A stretch of DNA of 62,862 nucleotides, the filler included, from Choristocarpus tenellus KU-1152 (lineage: Eukaryota > Protista > Phaeophyceae): assembly GCA_964200185.2 (NCBI GenBank). It is 11 parts of 11 records of this genome, joined end to end, with 100 filler letters (N's around TTAATTAATTAA, not from the genome) between each part and the next. Parts side by side here need not be neighbours in the genome. Positions count along the whole stretch, not along the records: positions 59,387 to 62,862 come from CAXNAD020019773.1; 10 more parts are not named here. One strand, 5' to 3'. A model generated the notes under the pieces. It was not told the DNA's origin. It was given only the letters and a program-made list of their open reading frames with translations, and did no database searches. Numbering within the stretch: position 1 is the stretch's first letter; each line of letters opens with the position of its first letter. Made by a program: the position numbers and the translations under genes. Of the stretch, positions 60,541-62,862 are shown piece after piece.

Positions 60541-61329
60541 ATGAGCCAACCTGGACTGTTTCATTCCTGGAAACACATTCTGTGCGAGGCTTTCGGAGGT
60601 TAACCTTCGCACACAGCTCACTGCAACGTAGAATGTCCACGCAGAACTCGGCGCAATGGCCGCAGAAGCCCCTCAGTTGAAGCACATGCTGCGCTGGTGA
60701 TTGCCCGCATGTCGAGAGGGTGCCTCGCGCTTGACCGAGTGGACCAGTTAATCACTGCCGAACAAGAAATCAAAGAGGGGTCGCGACTACGATGGAGACC
60801 TTGCATTCTTGGCCAAGGTCGATGATGAAGGCTGGCTGCTGGCTGCTGGCTGCTCTCTGATGAGCTTTTAGACGAAACAGTAGAGCCATAATAACAATGA
60901 AGAGTTTAGGGTTTAGGGTTTCACACAGACAGATGAGACACGGAGGATCACGATTCTTCTTCTCCCATGAAAAACTCGTCCTGGAAGAGGAGAAACAACC
61001 CTCCAACACAGATACTGGACGACGGACGGACGGATGTCTAAGTAGCTTGATTTAGGGAGGAAAATCACTTGATTTAGTGAGGAAAATCACCCTCTCACCC
61101 ATCACACCACAACCAACTCCAACCTATCTAATAATGTTAGGAGTGGTTCAAGAGTCACATCAAGCTTTATTTTGACAAAAAGCTCGACTCTGATCAAAAG
61201 TTAGAGAAGGAAAAATTCTCTCCTAGAGGCGACTGCCAACACCATATTGCATTACAGTCAATAGGGGGTGTCACTACTAGTCACACCAACTCTCAACTCA
61301 CTATGCATTCATGAGAGAGGATCAATCTG

Positions 61330-61680
61330 CCCTGCATGCACTCCAGCAAGCAGATTTTGATGATGAGAATGACGAGGCCGAGCATTGAAACACCGTAGAA
61401 ACAGAACCTGATGTTGTCACAGTCACTGAGAGCCAGAAGAAGGGGGAACGAGTTCAGAACTGGCTAAAGATGAAACCAGTCTTATCGTTTCCAGTTTAGC
61501 GTTTCTACAAACTATACATGTTGAAGAGTCTTCTCGACATGGCTATATGTGACCTTTGCGTCTTGAAAGGTAACTTTGCCAGCGCCAAGATTAAGATGGG
61601 GAAGTCAGGATTGACCACAAACCTGAAGAATCACCTCGGATGCACCAAGGCTGGACACAAGGTGGAGTATTGTCGATAGT
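61330..61680 (+). mobile_element. BED zinc finger of a decayed hAT-type transposase
   Basis: PV*RFYKLY...AICDLC...KIKMGKSGLTTNLKNHL....GHKVEY. The TAG at 61497-61499 replaces the conserved BED Trp. Confidence 0.75.
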
Positions 61681-62117
61681 TTGTCCAGATGCAGGGAGTA
61701 CAGGTCGGGGTCGAGAACGCACTCTTCTTGTGGACACTGTACAAAATAGGACAATAGTGAGGTGTACCTTATTTTTTGTTTGAGAGATGTAACTAATGAG
61801 ATAGTAATCCGGATTATGAATGGAAATGTGTATGGGTTTTTATTCTGCATTCAACTACTTTTGACATTACCATGAACTTATGTATGAGGCACAAATAAAA
61901 ATAAAACAATCAATGAGAAGACACCCCACAAAGGTCACTCTTTTAATTCCATCCATTCTTTCCACGTTCAGCAAAGGGGATCATCAGAGGCTTCACACCT
62001 TCTTGTCTTCACTACTGATAAATAGCATTACCTCCCAAGGTAAATTGCACAGGTTATGAACCTTAGTAGTATGGAGATCGATCTGAACAAACTTGCTGTT
62101 AGGACGGGGGCCACAGG

Positions 62118-62700
62118 GAGGTCATTGGAGACCTAGTCCACTTGGAGACTGTCATTAATTAGCCACGCTGGTGGAAAGGGTTTTTACGAGATTAAGACAA
62201 GGGACTATGAGATTCCTGAAACACCCACCACCATCTCGCGGGAGGCAGTGCGAACGGCACATGCCACACATATGAAGAACAACAAGGCGTTATGCTTCCT
62301 GCTTACCCAGGCAACAAAGTGATCGGCATCGGCAATCGTTGTACGTTACGAAAACGAGGGTCAACCAGACGGCAGAGGGGCCTGATTGGAACTAGAAAGA
62401 GTCTTCAGAGGACGTGCGGAGGGCAAGATCCCCGGGTAGGTCATCACTTTGGAGTTGAAACCCCGAGAACTACAGTGCACGATGTCTCAGGACAGCACCA
62501 ATTTCATCGTTAAGCTAGAGCGACTACTTGCGGAATTCGAGGAGCTCAAGGAGCCAAAATCGGAAAACACGAAGAGAGCATATATACTGCTTGGGATCAA
62601 GCAAGCCATACCAAATGTGTTCGCGCAATTAATAACTCGCCCAGACATCAGGTATGAGGAGTTCAAACGGGCAATCATCTCGTCGACAACTTACCTTCAC
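62118..62700 (+). mobile_element. Decayed Ty1/Copia gag-like region
   Basis: LLTQATK*SASAIVVRYENEGQPDGRGA*LELERVF ... FIVKLERLLAEFEELKEPKSENTKRAYILLGI matches the Copia gag DG..AW..L pattern, with stops. A second copy lies at 13700-13940. Confidence 0.7.
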
Positions 62701-62805
62701 TCAGGGCAATATGGGCATGATGGGTTATTGGCAAAGCATGGCAATGTAAGGAACGACCATGCTCAGAAGACCAGGGGATCAGCTGGAAGCGGCCCCAAAC
62801 CAAAC

Positions 62806-62862
62806 GGGTCAAAGTATCTGGGGGGGGGGGGGGGTTGGGAGGGGGGGACAGCGCGTGGCACA
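62806..62862. mobile_element. MITE family A terminus at window end
   Basis: GGGTCAAAGTATCTG(G)n. Confidence 0.78.

Noticed and set aside
60618-60890. Minus-strand first exons (MALLFRLKAH...)
   Set aside because: The phases of the candidate exons do not join and the region is embedded in TE relics.
1-62862. Prokaryotic operon, defence island or endogenous giant-virus segment
   Set aside because: All credible intact genes are spliced, there is no dense intronless ORF array or viral hallmark motif, and the contigs are unlinked.

Overview
This is eukaryotic, intron-rich genomic DNA, not one contiguous locus. Ten identical 100-nt artificial linkers (N44-TTAATTAATTAA-N44) join 11 contigs: 1-3289, 3390-13940, 14041-29037, 29138-33048, 33149-36323, 36424-43136, 43237-50002, 50103-52861, 52962-55850, 55951-59286 and 59387-62862. 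A signal peptide plus Phe-initiated transit peptide, a giant stramenopile-type repeat protein and the intron style suggest an ochrophyte, probably a brown alga or close relative (inference). Hand-spliced, phase-consistent GT-AG gene models are: the 3' end of CCT2; a 9-exon, 500-aa 5'-partial SLAC1/TehA-family anion channel fused to a C-terminal hemerythrin-like domain that appears to have lost two iron-ligand histidines; a protein with a long acidic tail; a coiled-coil single-pass membrane protein; an internal part of a giant beta-repeat protein; and the 5' part of a putative plastid protein. The rest is rich in decayed mobile DNA: Gypsy integrase, Copia gag, mariner-like, Tc1-like and hAT transposase pieces, and non-LTR ends. 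There are also two abundant MITE families sharing the terminus G-N3-(C/G)AAAGTATCT, one with verified 4-bp TSDs (Sola2-like). The best candidates for new biology are (1) the SLAC1-pseudo-hemerythrin channel and (2) two decayed, intronless ubiquitin-specific-protease (USP/C19) remnants, each ending just inside one of these Sola2-like termini, which suggests a DNA transposon carrying a deubiquitinase. All family assignments are by eye from motifs; no database search was run.
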